From NCBI RefSeq assembly GCF_006345805.1, contig NC_043025.1, positions 1,860,001 through 1,924,000 of the forward strand: DNA of 64,000 nt, written 5' to 3'. Position 1 is the first letter of the stretch, and every line of letters starts with the position of its first letter. The notes below the pieces were generated by a model. That model saw nothing but the letters and a program-made list of their open reading frames with translations, was not told the DNA's origin and searched no databases. The DNA is from Octopus sinensis (Eukaryota). A program made the position numbers and the translations under genes. Below, piece after piece: positions 35,399 through 49,122 of the stretch.

Positions 35399-37995
35399 CA
35401 GTAGTTTTATTTTTATTTTTATAGCGTGCTTTCACTTCACTACCGAGCGCAGCTCTGTGTGCCTTGGGTATGTGCTGTGATTTGTTGTGATGCTCTGATG
35501 GTTATTGTATGGAAAGTGTTCTGCGTAGGATGTGGGCAGTGCCTAGTAGTGCAATTTTCTGTATGTTATATGTGTTTGTAAGTCCTGGTGTTTTTGTTAT
35601 GTATTTGTCTGAATATTTTTTTATCATGCCTAATGCACCTACTATGATAGGAATTGTTTCTGTTTTCAGATTCCACATTCTAGTTACCTCTATTTCCAGG
35701 TCTTTGTATTTTGAGAGTTTCTCCATTTCTTTTAGAGACACGTTGTCATCTGCCGGTATTGATACGTCAATTAAAAAGCATGTTTTTTCTTCATGATCTC
35801 TGACAACTATATCTGGTCTGTTGGCCTTAATTTCTCTATCTGTGTGTATCGGCATATCCCAGAGTATGGTTGCTTTCTCGTTTTCTGTGACCTTTTCTGG
35901 TGTGTGCCTATACCATTTTTTCCTGTTGTTATTCCATAATGTTGGCATAGCTTCCAATGTATGTAGGTTCCAACTCTGTCATGTCTGTGAATATATTCCT
36001 TCTTAGCCAGGACTGGGCAGCTAGAGATAATATGATTTATTGTTTCTTGTCCATCTCCACATATTCTGCAGTTACTTGTAATATTTCTTTTCATTACATG
36101 TTTTTGGTAATTTCTGGTGGGGAGGCTTTGGTCTTGTGCTGCAATTAAAAATCCCTCTGTTTCTGCTTTGAGTCCTGAGCTTTGCTGGGATTTTTCTTTG
36201 TCTATTTCTTTTGCGTTTAGTTTAGTGCAGTATTTACCATGAAGGGGCTTTTCTTGCCATCGTTTTATCATGGTTCGTTGCTGTTCTGTTTTTAGTTTGG
36301 ATTTCATTTGTTTTATAGCTTTTGTTGTTTCTTCATCTTCTTCTTCTTCTTCATGTGTATTAGGTGGTATGATTTCTTGTTTGTATTTGTCAGCTTCCTT
36401 AAATACTGAGAACAGTTTTTTGTTTTGCTCGTGTTTTGCCGCTATCTGGATCAGTTTTCCTTCCTTCTGAAGTAGATATTTTTGCAGTCCTATGGTGGTT
36501 ATTTTATAGTAGTTTTCCAGCTGTATAAGGCCTCTAACACCTTCTATACGTTGTATATATAGTCTTTCTATGTCAGATTTTGGGTGATGCATCCTAGATC
36601 CTGTCATTATTTTTCTTGTTTTCCTATCTATTTTGGTCAGTTCATTTCGTGTCCTGTTAAGGATATTGTAGCTGTAACTTATAACTGGGACAGCTAAAGT
36701 GTTGATACCTATTATCTTGTTTTTAGCATTGAGCTCTGTGTTTAGTATTGATCTAACTCGTCTATAATATTCTTTTTTTATTTTCTCTTTCATTTGTGTG
36801 TGTTGTGTCTTATCTAGTTCATGGATTCCTAAGTATTTGTAAGTTTGGCTTTGGTCTAATTCTTTATTTCATTGGTTTTATCTAGTGTGATGTTGTTACT
36901 CTTAACTAGTTTTCCTCTTTTCATGGTTACTTTGGCGCATTTTTCTAATCCAAATTTCATATCTATTTCTTTGGTAAATCCATGAACTGTCTTTAATAGT
37001 GTTTTCCAGCTGTTTGTCATTTGCAGCGTATAGTTTTAGGTCATCCATATATAAAAGGTGGCTGATCGTTTTGCCGTAACATTTATATCCGCATCCAGTT
37101 CTATTTAGCATATCAGATAGAGGTGACAGTGCCAAGTAGAAAAGGAGTGGAGAGAGCGTGTCTCCCTGGAATATTCCTCTTCTAATGGGGATGTCATTGG
37201 TTTTCATGAGTCCCTCTTTTGTTTGGAGGTGTAGGACTGTTTGCCATTTATTCATAGAGTGCTCTATGAATTTTATGATTGTTGGTGCTACTTTGTTAAT
37301 GGCTAGTGTTTCGAGGATCCATGTGTGGGGGATGCTATCAAACGCGTTTTTGTAGTCAATCCAGGCCATACTGAGGCCTTTCTTCTTCTGTGGCTGTCTT
37401 CAGTTATGGCTTTATTAATCATTAGTTGATCTTTACAGCCATATGAGCCTTTGCGGCATCCTTTCTGCTCTTCTGGGAACAGTTTGTTTTCGTCCAGTTG
37501 CTTGTTCAGCCTTTGTGATATCACTGCAGTAAATGCCTTGAACATAGTAGGGAGGCAGGTTATTGGTCTGTAGTTTTTCTGGTTTTTCTGTTTCATTTGA
37601 TTTGATTTGGGATTAAGATGGTTTTCCCCTTCGTGAGCCATTCAGGCATTGTCTCTGGCTCTGCTAGTACGTTGTTAAAGTTTTCAGCCAGCTTTTTGTG
37701 CATCCTGTTAGATATTTCAACCAGAAGTTGGGGATCTTGTCATGCCCAGGTGCCTTCCAGTTGCTTAGTCTTTGCAGTGCCTGGGTGACCTCTTCAGTTG
37801 TTATGGGGGTCCAAATTGTTTTCAGATGCCGAGTTTGTAATTTAGATACTCCTTTTTATTGGTGGTTCGTTCGCCGACCATATCTCTCTCCAGAATTCTT
37901 CCAATTCTTCTTCTGCCGTTGGTGCTGCAGTGACTTCTATTTTATTTTTGCCCAGTTCTTGGTAGAACTTTTTGGGGTTGGAGCTGAACTTTTTG
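35399..37995 (-). mobile_element. R4/Dong-like retrotransposon family B, 5' half lost
   Basis: NYRPITCL, GIFQGDTLSP, YMDDLK, CRICGDGQETINHIISSCP..RHD, RPDIVV..DVSIP..K; near-identical to 49123-51710 and shares its left-flank SINE. Confidence 0.93.
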
Positions 37996-38007
37996 TTATT
38001 ATTATTA

Positions 38008-38052
<45 letters not shown>

Positions 38053-38058
38053 TATTAC

Positions 38059-38117
<59 letters not shown>

Positions 38118-38598
38118 TTATTATTATTATTATCATTATTATTATTATTATTATTATGTTTATGTAAATTATTTCGTCTCACATACTATGAACTCCTCAG
38201 CGTCTCTCTTGCTCCACCTATTTCTTCTTATCCCGCTTATTCCGTATTAAAAATTACATTGAAAGTGTACTTATCTACTGTTTGTCAAGTGGATTGCTTA
38301 TCAAATAATTTATACTCGGAACAATTGTACATACATCCCTGGTTAAAACGGAATTTCCCACTTGGTGTGGCTCCTTGTTTTAGTAATTGTCTGCAAGTGC
38401 TATGATACTTGTGAAGCTTACTTTCAACGACGCAAATGTCTCGTTTTCACAAATGTAAGTTGATGGTTGCATGAAAAATTCGGACAAGATGAAGTAGACG
38501 GGGTGAGTAGCGCAGGTCGGTGGCGGGTGTTGAACCCCTTATTGGTGAGAGGGGGAAAAAAGACGAATGAATACACGCACATACACAACACACACACG

Positions 38599-38639
<41 letters not shown>

Positions 38640-38640
<1 letters not shown>

Positions 38641-39652
38641 ATTTATATATAGAGGGCATAATTATACATACATGCCAGGAGGCATTATATATACTTGCCA
38701 AACGCTAAGAGGGACAATCAGTCATTTCTACCAAAAATATTACTAATCCCACCGAATGCAATTTTTCAAAGTAAGACATTTAAAAATATAGGCCTGTATC
38801 ACAGTGATTTCATACTTACGTAATCATCAGCAGGCCTGAATGTATTATAATAAACAACGACCCTGCCCCTCGCTTAAGCCGAACAGCTAACTGATCAACA
38901 TCAACGAAGCACATGGGTGAGTTTATTATATTACATCCGGGTGAATGGCAAACATTTACAAAATTGCATTTCGGGAGAGGAAAGTTTTTTCGGAATAAAA
39001 ATTGTGCAATTAAGGACAACTACTTAATAAGGAAAACTTAACAAGAAATTGTCAGGTAGATAGCGTAAAAACCTCATAAGAGAAAAAATTTCGAAAATAA
39101 TTATTTCTTATTGAACATATTAATTTATATATAGAGGGCATAATTATACATACATGCCAGGAGGCATTATATATACTTGCCAAACGCTAAGAGGGACAAT
39201 CAGTCATTTCTACCAAAAATATTACTAATCCCATTCACCCGGATGTAATATATATAAACTCACCCATGTGCTTCGTTGATGTTGATCAGTTAGCTGTTCG
39301 GCTTAAGCGAGGCAGGGTCGTTGTTTATTTATAATACATTCAGGCCTGCTGATGATTACGTAAGTATGAAATCACTGTGATACAGGCCTATATTTTTAAA
39401 TGTCTTACTTTGAAAAATTGCATTCGGTGGGATTAGTAATATTTTTGGTAGAAATGACTGATTGTCCTCTTAGCGTTTGGCAAGTATATATAATGCCTCC
39501 TGCATGTATGTATAATTATGCCCTCTATATATAAATTAATATGTTCAATAAGAAATAATTATTTTCGAAATTTTTTCTCTTATGAGGTTTTTACGCTATC
39601 TACCTGACAATTCTTGTTAAGTTTTCCTTATTAAGTAGTTGTCCTTAATTGC
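38640..39652. repeat. Complex direct + inverted triplication (A-B-C-D-A-B'-A'-D')
   Basis: A=38640-38750 repeated at 39122-39232; 39233-39652 is the reverse complement of B (38751-38946), A, and D (39006-39122). Confidence 0.9.
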
Positions 39653-39753
39653 AAAATATTATATATATATATAGATATAGATATATATATATATATATAT
39701 ACATATATACATATATATATATATATATCATATATAATATATATATATAATAT

Positions 39754-39785
<32 letters not shown>

Positions 39786-42700
39786 CACGTGGAGAGAGAG
39801 ACTTTTAGTGGGGCAAACAGATCGAACCGTCTCAAGTGTAACTGCCCGAGTTGGTCGTGTCTTGTAGGACTTGACTGAGGAAGAAAGCCACGAATGAGCC
39901 GTCTATTTTTGCCTGTCCTTCTAATCTTGTTTCCTGTCCGCTTTCTATTGTCTATCTGTCCGAATCATTTATTGGCCACTATTGCGTTTCTTTTACCATT
40001 TATATATATATATATATATGCACATATACACAGGTGTGTATGATTGTGTATAGAAGAATATATTACTGAATGAAATTCCGACTTTGATTTTCATGATTTA
40101 TTTACAATCTTATAATAATATATGCTATAAGATAAGATAACATAATGAAGCGATAGAATATCAAATATCCACTCTGATTGAACTAGTACTTTCATGCATT
40201 CTTCAAGTTGTATAAAAATAGTTATTGTCTGCATCATTCGAAAGAGAAATAAATTCTGCATAAGGTGTAAAAGATGGAAATAATTTTTCTGGTCTTAGTA
40301 ACAAAGTATTTTGTAAGAAATAGGACTATTTATCATCGGTCTTAAATTTAATTTCGCCAGTGTAGATATGTGTGTGTATAAATATTAATTTTAAATCTTA
40401 ACAGGAATGTAGCAAAAATTGATTCACCTCGATAATGCCGGCTCCAAATATAACTTCAGTTTTAATTTTTTACACAAATTAGACAAGGTTTATCCACTTA
40501 TCTGAATATTTTATTACCTCATGAAAGTTTATTGTCTCATTCTGCGGCTTGTATCGGATAAGAATACTGATCGAAGTACACATTTGTTATAAACCGTTAT
40601 GTGTTGTTTTTTTTTAACGGCAGTGTCAATATTTTCTGTCGATGTATGCGATTCACTGTATTTTAATATCCGGAAAATAAATCCATTTTCCAGAAATTCA
40701 CCATTCCTACACGACGCAAATTCTTATGAGATGAGGTGTTTTGCTTGAGAACGCCATACAATTCCCGTTCCGGAAATGGAAACCGCGATCTCGCGATCGA
40801 GAATGCAACATCGTGGTCATTCGCCTTGGACACTAATTATATTATTAAACATGGCACATGACATATGTAGGCGAGACAGCAACCCAGAAATCCTTGTTAT
40901 CTACTAGGCGTTTTCCTGAAGCAACACCCATTGAATTATCATGGATCCCGAAAAAGATCTGAGCGTTACTCCTAAGAGATGTCTGTTGTCAGCTAAAGAT
41001 ATGGCGTTGTATCATGTAATGATAGAATGTCTGACGCAGAAAATGGCGGAGTTTCATGTGGTGATACAAAGTCTGAGAACGAGGCCAATTTCAGGTACAT
41101 ATTTTTTTTTTTTTTTTTTTGTGTGTGTTTTACTTAGGGTGTTGTTGTCGACGTTGTTGTTTGCCCTGACTGATCGTAATTTTGCACAAAGGCATTCCAA
41201 CTATAACCAACTAAATTTTTTTTCTTCCAACATTAGCAACCATGTCCTCCATTGTGTAAAATAAGAGTGTGTGATTGGAAAGAGATTTCGCAGCTATTTC
41301 CAGGTGTTTGATGGAAAACATTATAAACATATCTGCGTCACAAGCCAATGTTTCCTGATTGAGTAAAGCTATGGTCAGAGGACATCCAGTGGTCATCTTC
41401 CCATCCATTTAGTTATATAGCATTGTCTCCGGTCTCTAGGTGAGCAGGGTTTTCCCTGAATTCAATTGCTTAAGTACACATGCAACCAAAAACACATAGG
41501 ACACTTGTATACCACTAAATAAATGCTTCCACCACCTCAGATCTGAATGCTTCGTCACTTTCCCATCACCGCAGGACTTTCGAATGAAAAAATAATTTGT
41601 ACGCTTAAAAAGTATAAAGCTTAAATAAAAAAGATAATATTAAACAAGAAGATTCAAGCAAAATAGTGGGCAATGCCTGTACACAATGTCTGTACACAAA
41701 TTTACAAATTGCTTTGCAGCGTTTCTGTCGGCTATTCGCGTTCTGAGTTCCTTTCCCACCGAAGTCCCCTTTGCCTTTCATGTGTGTGTAAGTGTAATAT
41801 ATATATAGGCTTTGGAGTGTCTGTGTGGTAAGTAGCTTGTTTACCAATCACATGGTTCCTGGTTCAGTCCCAAAGCGTTGCACTTTAGGCAAGTGTCTTT
41901 TACTATAGCCTCGGGTCGACCAAAGCCCTGTGAGAGGATTTGGTAAACAGAAACTGAAAGAAGCCCCTCGTATATATGTATATATATATATAAATGTGTG
42001 TGTGTGTGTGTCTATATGTTTGTGTGTGTGATTTTATTGGTCACTTTTGCCGATCCGCTATGTTAAGGGGGGTGTTATTGTTGCTTGGAACCAAATGCTC
42101 ACCGAAAAATGATCGTCAGAAACAACGTTATTTTATTAAGTCTCATATTTATAGAAAGATAGAGAGAAAGGGGGAAAAAATAAATCATATTTATGTGTGT
42201 GAATATATAAATGTAAAATCTTAAAAGAAAATTTAAAAAATTATTTACCTTTATAACGCCGGCTCCAAATATTACTTCAGTTTGGATTTTTAACAGAAAT
42301 TAAATCAATTTTATCCACTTATCTAAACATTCTAATTTTGAACCACGTTCCAGCTGCTATCCGATAAGCATACTGAATGAAATACCCTGTTGTAATAATT
42401 CTTCTTTCTTTTTTAAACGAGAGTGGCAGTATTTTCCCTTGATATATGTGATTGGCTGAAATTCTTTAATATCCGGAAATAAACTATTTTTCCAGCTACT
42501 CACCATTCCTTCCTACACGTCACTGTTGAAATGGTCGCTGTGTAACATGAGATGAAGTGTCGTGCGCGCCATACATCTCTCGGTCCTGTATTTGAAATCA
42601 CGAGCTTGTTAACGTGTGTAGCACCCTCAACCACGGTTTCATGTGTCCTCGACTTCTATTATATTACCAAAATTTTACTTTTCATATGTTCTGGCAACAC

Positions 42701-43164
42701 CCATTCTTATATACTTGACGCTTTTCTAAAACAAACGCCATTGTTTTTATCGATTATTGGGATGGCCATATCTGCTCAAAGATACGACCTCATCGCTCGA
42801 GTTACTAAAATGCAAACCCGACGAATTTTCCTCGTTTCCTAGAATATATTTCAGTTGCTTGTAAAGAATGCTTGTTGTTCACTGATGACAAGAATATGAT
42901 CATAGGCGTTTCGGTCATGATCATCCCGTCGATTTCCTTACATCGCAATGTGTGTTGTGTTCTTTCCGTGGTTAAGACGGTACGGTGTGAGACAATGGAA
43001 TATCATTGTCTCAAATGCTTACGACAGGGCTGAGAGCGCAAATGTTCCAGTAATAGGCATTCATTAGTCCTGAAACCTACATCTACAATAATTATTGAAT
43101 GACATCAGATGATGTGGATGTTAATTTTCATAGATCTCTCCGAAATATAAGTCCGACCTTACTA

Positions 43165-44660
43165 TCAAGATGTTGCTTAGAAACTCTGTCTCCCTTTTCA
43201 GCAACCTTAACCATGTCTCACTATTACTATTTCCTGCACCTATCTTTGCCAATCGACCATGCAAAACATTCTCATGTCAGTTAGATAATCTCCCTCCTTT
43301 TTTCTGGTTTTAATTTCATTTGGCTTTTTCCTTTCCTATCTACTACTATAAATCTAGCAAATCATAGATTTTCTTCACTATTATATATATCAACTCTGGC
43401 TAACTCTACGCTACCTTCTGGTTATATTAAACCTCTTCCACTTTCGTTATTCTAAGTAAGTGCAATGTTGCTCTTCCTAATCGAGGCTGAAGTCCTCCAT
43501 TCATATTGAATTCCTTCCTTGTTCTTCTGTCTAGATTTGGTAATTCAGATTTTTTCAAGTCAACAAATTCTGCTGAAAACCGAAGTAACCATACTTCCCA
43601 AAGTTTTTACAACCTTTACTAGATTTCGAACTCTTCGCTTTCCCTTCATTAGCTTCTTCACCCTTCCGATGTACTCCTTATCTATTTTTCCTTTTCATTT
43701 CCATTGTTAGTACACTGTCAGATTCTAATACTCCGAAGCACTTATGATTCTCTCCCTTCAGTGATTTTACTCTCTTGCTATCTGGCCTTCACTGCTGACT
43801 ACCTGTCCCTTTTTCATGACTTATTTTGCGCACATATCTATGCCAGATTCCATGCCTATATCTTTGCTGCAGAGTCTTCTAATTCGTATTAAGGAACCAA
43901 AAGCTTCTAATCGTCCATCTTGAGCAAATGATTAATATTCCCTTTATCATCTCTAAACTGATACCCTGCTTTTGCCTTTCTTAGTACTAAACTGACGACA
44001 GCTAAGGATAACACATATATTAATGGGGATAACGTGTCTCCCTGGAGAATTCCTCGCCCGATATTAACATTTCCTAAGGCAGTGTCACCTGTTTCCGATT
44101 CTTTGCACTATTGCTGTAACTAATTAAGTCTCTGGTGTTGTCTGCAATACTGAATATACTCAAACATTCACTTATCCGTGAGTGTGCATCATGTCTATTT
44201 TGGCTTTTTCTAGTTAGTTATGAATGCCTGACCGTGTGCAGTTGCTTACAAACTGTGTCTCCCGTTTTCATTTTCCTTTCTGAAACCATATTAGTCTGTA
44301 ACTGTCTCTTTCGTACCCTTTCTGTTCCACTGGCTCTTTGTACTTTATTTCCTGGAAATTATACACCTAATTAGATATTATTCCTTTCAACAACACCCAC
44401 ATGAGGGGCAGACAATGATAGGCCGGCAATTATCCACTGCATTGTTTTGTTGGGATTCTTTTGCAATGAATTGTTTTACTTGTGGTCAGCCTCTTTTGGA
44501 TTTGTACCCCGTTGTTGATCATTTTATATATTTGCTTGGCTATTCTTCTTCTGTGTAGTGATGGGAAGTTTTCAGCCAATATCCTAGTACCTATCCAGTC
44601 CTGGGTATTTCCAGGTTGGCGATTTAATCACTCTGGCCCACATTGGTAGACAATAAACAA
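43165..44660 (-). mobile_element. R4-clade RT fragment, family C (unit-2 copy)
   Basis: Reverse complement contains WK.PG...GYW, GILQG-T-SP and NHL-KMD-type motifs; paralogous to 60275-61990. Confidence 0.75.
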
Positions 44661-45622
44661 TGGTCCGACTGGCGTTTATATACCTCTGCTTTTTCTCATC
44701 CTTAATTACTAAACACCTCTCCTCTCTCTCCTCTACTGACCTAATTTAATTTAACTCTCTAACTATATACGATGACTATGCGACAATTTGTATGTGTGTT
44801 GTCTGTGTGTGCAAACAGACATTTATCTGTACATCCTCAAAACTCATACGTATGCATGTGTATGTATGGCCGCGTAATTGTGTGTATCTGACTGTGTGTA
44901 TATCAATGGGAATATGCCACTGCATGTATGTGTGTGTGCGTCTGTGTGTGCACATGTTAGTGCGTGTGTATATATGTATGTCTCTGTCCGTATGCATGTG
45001 TGTGTATACATGCATCCCCTTAACCCCCACGTCAAACACCCCCTCTCTATATAGACTAAGCCCTATATACTCTCATATATTTCTCATTCGCCCAATAATA
45101 GACTCTTCCAAGGCCTTCCAAATCTGATTCACTTTCTATTCAAAGATGCAACTGTTAACTTCCATTATCCTTTGCCAGGGACTTTCCTGGAAACTTTACT
45201 AACTCTTCGATCACGAAAATACCCAACACTTTATCTGAGAACTCCATGGTTTCCCAAAAGACTGGGAACGAATAATATCCTCGATAAAGGATATTATGCA
45301 TTTCTGCATTTCTTCTTCTTTCTCCAATAACGGAATGATTTGCTCAGATGGAATTCTTTACACAATAACATGCTTAGCTATTCCGAAAACAGCTCTAAGA
45401 GACTTTGTGCATATTTGTAACCACTCGGCACAGTTCTTTTATTTGTTTCAGCCATTTTACTGCGGCCATGCTGGAGCATCACCTTTTTAATCGAACTTAT
45501 TATTTATAAGCCATGTACTTAATCTATGAGACACCTTTGCTGAACCACTAAATTACGGGGACGTAAACTCACCAAAATCGGTTGTCAAGCGATGGTGGGG
45601 GACAAACACAGACACACAAACT

Positions 45623-45653
<31 letters not shown>

Positions 45654-47779
45654 TGGGCTTCTTTCAGTTTCCGTCTTCCAGATCCACTAACAAGGCTTTG
45701 GTCGGCCCGAGGTTATAGTAGAACGCATCCTTCCAAAGTGCCACGCAGTGGGACTGAACCCCGAACCATGTGATTGGTAAGCACGCTGCTTACTAAACAG
45801 CTACTCCTGCACACACACTTATATTATAAATTATAAAATGAATGTTCTTGAATAAGGCTAAATATTTTGCTTGATCATTATCTGTTATAATTTATGTCCC
45901 TCCGCTCAATGATCAACCACTTTCATATCACCTTTGATACGCAATTTCTGCACCACATTTTTCTGTTCAAGCCGGTGTTTTAGTGGTAAACCAAACTTGA
46001 CAGTCACACTACATTCGACCTTTCACATGACTTTCTATTGTATCAACGCTAAGGTATAATATATACTTTTATGTGGCTTTGGGGAGTGGCATGGAACACA
46101 TTTCTTCTATTTGTATGTATTTCAATTACTCGGGTAACGAACAATTCCTTTAACGAACATGGCTTGGAAAGGATTATGTGTATATATAGAGATGCTACTG
46201 GTTTGAGAAATTTTGAGTCGAACTAATTGACCTCTGTACTTAATGTTTTAAGCCTTGTACTTATTTTATTGGAGTATATTGGTGAACCGCTAAGTTACCG
46301 GAACATAAACACACCAACACAGGCCGTCAAGCGGTGGAACAAACACGTACACAGAGACACACGCATGCACTGATACATACAGACAGACATATATAGGCAT
46401 AGGAGTGTCCGTAGAGTAAGAAACACATGGTTCCGGGTTCAGTCCCATTGCCAGACACCTTGGCTGAGTGTCTTCTATAGCCAATGGCCGACCAAAGCCT
46501 TTTGTGTGGATTTCATAGATGGAAACACAAAAAAGCCCGTCCCATGTGTGTGTCTGTGTGTCTTTGTGTGTCTATATTTGTCCCTCCACCATCCCTTGAC
46601 AACCGATGTTGGTGTGCTTACGTCCCTGTATCCTAGCGGTTCTGAAAAGGAAACTGATAGAAGAGATAATAGCCTTTCAAAGATTAAGTCTTAGGGTCGA
46701 TTTGTTCGACTAAAGGCGGAGCTCCAACATAACTGCAGTCAAATGACTGCAACAAGTAAAAGAATAGTCACGAGGCTTCTTTCCGTTTCCATCTACCAAA
46801 TCCACTCCTGAGGATTTTGAGAGTCCAATGGCTACAGTAGAAGACATGTGCGCAGTGTGCCACGCAGTGGAACTGAACCCGAAACCAGATTTGGAAGCAA
46901 GCGTCTTACCACACAGCCGCGCCTAAACATGAACCCCTACACAGATTCAATCCAAGGAAACACGCATAAAGATGGAACACTCTCCAAGCCGTCCGCTTTA
47001 TAATTTGTTAAATCGATTAACATGGTGTCCATTAGTGAGTAATGCTGTGTTTTGTTTTATTTCTCCTGCACATTGATTTCAAATTTTGGCACAACACCAG
47101 CAATTTCGGGGGAGGGAGTAAGTAGATTGCATCGATCCCAGTACTTAACTGATATTGATTTCATCGACCCCGAAAGGATAAAAGGCAAAGACAACCTCGG
47201 CGGAATATTTCTACTTAATATTTAATATTATTACGTTCATGGATTTTTGAAATTGGGTGTTAAAGCAGAAATTCTACTAATTGGAGATGGTCGTCTGTTG
47301 CCAATGAATCACGCGCAATATATATTTGATCTCCACTTTATTATTATTATTGTTGTTGTTGTTGTTGGTACGCCGGGCGAAAAACCCTGAAGTATTTCGT
47401 CTGCCGAAAGGCGGCGAGTTGGCAGAAATATTAGTACGTAGGGCGAAATGCCCAGCAGTATTTCGTCTGCGGTTACGTTCTGAGTTCAAATCCCGCCAAG
47501 GTCGACATTGCCTATAATCCTTTCGGACTCGATTAAATAAGTACCAGTTACACACTGGGGTCGATATAATCGACTTAATCCGTTTGTCTGTCCATGTTTG
47601 TCCTCTCTGTATTTAGCCCCTTGTAGGTAGTAAAGAAATAGGTATTTCGTCCTCACTACGTTCTGAGTTCAAATTCCGCCGAGGTCGACTTTACCATTCA
47701 TCCTTTCGGGGACGATAAATTAAGTACCAGTTACACACTGGGATCGATGTAATGGACTTGTCCTTGTGCTTCCAGTAGA

Positions 47780-47827
47780 CATTATTATTATTATTATTAT
47801 TATTATTCTTATCATTATTATTATTAC

Positions 47828-47860
<33 letters not shown>

Positions 47861-47875
47861 CATTATTATTATTAC

Positions 47876-47920
<45 letters not shown>

Positions 47921-48223
47921 CATTATTATTATTACTCTTATTATTATTGTTATTATTATTATTATTATCATTATTATTATTACTATTATTATTATTATTA
48001 TTACTATTATTATTATTATTATTATTATTACTATTATTATTATTGTTATTATTATTATTATCATTATTATTATTACTATTATTATTATTATTATTATTAT
48101 TATTATCATTATTATTATTACTATTATTATTATTATTATTACTATTATTATTATTATTATTATCATTATTATTGTTATTATTATTATTATCATTATTATT
48201 ATTACTATTATTATTATTATTAC

Positions 48224-48279
<56 letters not shown>

Positions 48280-48412
48280 TTATATATTATTATCATTATT
48301 ATTATTATTTTATTATTATTATTTTATCATTATTATTATTATTATTATTATCATTATTATTATTACTATTATTATTATTATTACTATTATTATTATTATT
48401 ATTATTATTATC

Positions 48413-48455
<43 letters not shown>

Positions 48456-48649
48456 CATTATTATTATTACTATTATTATTATTATTCTATTATTATTATT
48501 ATTATTATTATTATATCATTATTATTATTACTATTATTATTATTATTATTATTATTATTATCATTATTATTATTATTCTTATTATCATTATTATTATTAC
48601 TATTATTATTATTATATTACTATTATTATTATTATTATTATTATTATTA

Positions 48650-48683
<34 letters not shown>

Positions 48684-48741
48684 CATTATTATTTATTATT
48701 ATCAATTATTATTATTATTATTATTATTATTAATCATTATT

Positions 48742-48772
<31 letters not shown>

Positions 48773-48805
48773 TTATTATTATTTCATCATTCATTATATC
48801 ATTAT
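47780..48805. repeat. About 1-kb (TTA)n microsatellite with tca/cta interruptions
   Basis: Directly visible; source of the poly-I/L/N/Y ORFs. Confidence 0.97.
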
Positions 48806-49048
48806 TTAGGCGGAGAGCTGGCAGAATCGTTAGCACACCGGGCAAAATGCTTGGTAGTATTTCATCCATCATTAGTTTCTGAGTTCAAATTCCCCCGAGG
48901 TCAACTTCGCATTTCATCATTTCGAGGTTTATAAATTAAATACCATTTAAGTACTAGGGGCTATGTAATCGACTAACTCACCCCCCAAAATATTTCAGGC
49001 CTTGTGCCTATAGTAGGAACGACTGTTGTTATTGTTGTTGTTGTTGCG

Positions 49049-49103
<55 letters not shown>

Positions 49104-49122
49104 TATTATCATTATTACTATT

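Noticed and set aside
35807-36793. 328-aa ORF as a host gene
   Set aside because: It is the RT thumb/zinc-knuckle part of the R4-B retrotransposon.
42552-42842. Plus-strand ORF with LSIIGMAISAQRY, resembling GPCR TM3
   Set aside because: Cys-to-Arg spacing does not fit class A TM3, no other helices fit, and the upstream frame differs among paralogous copies.
47691-48882. Long poly-Ile/Leu/Asn/Tyr ORFs (and similar poly-F/E/S or YI/HT ORFs across the window)
   Set aside because: Translations of (TTA)n, (GAA)n, (TA)n and (CA)n microsatellites.
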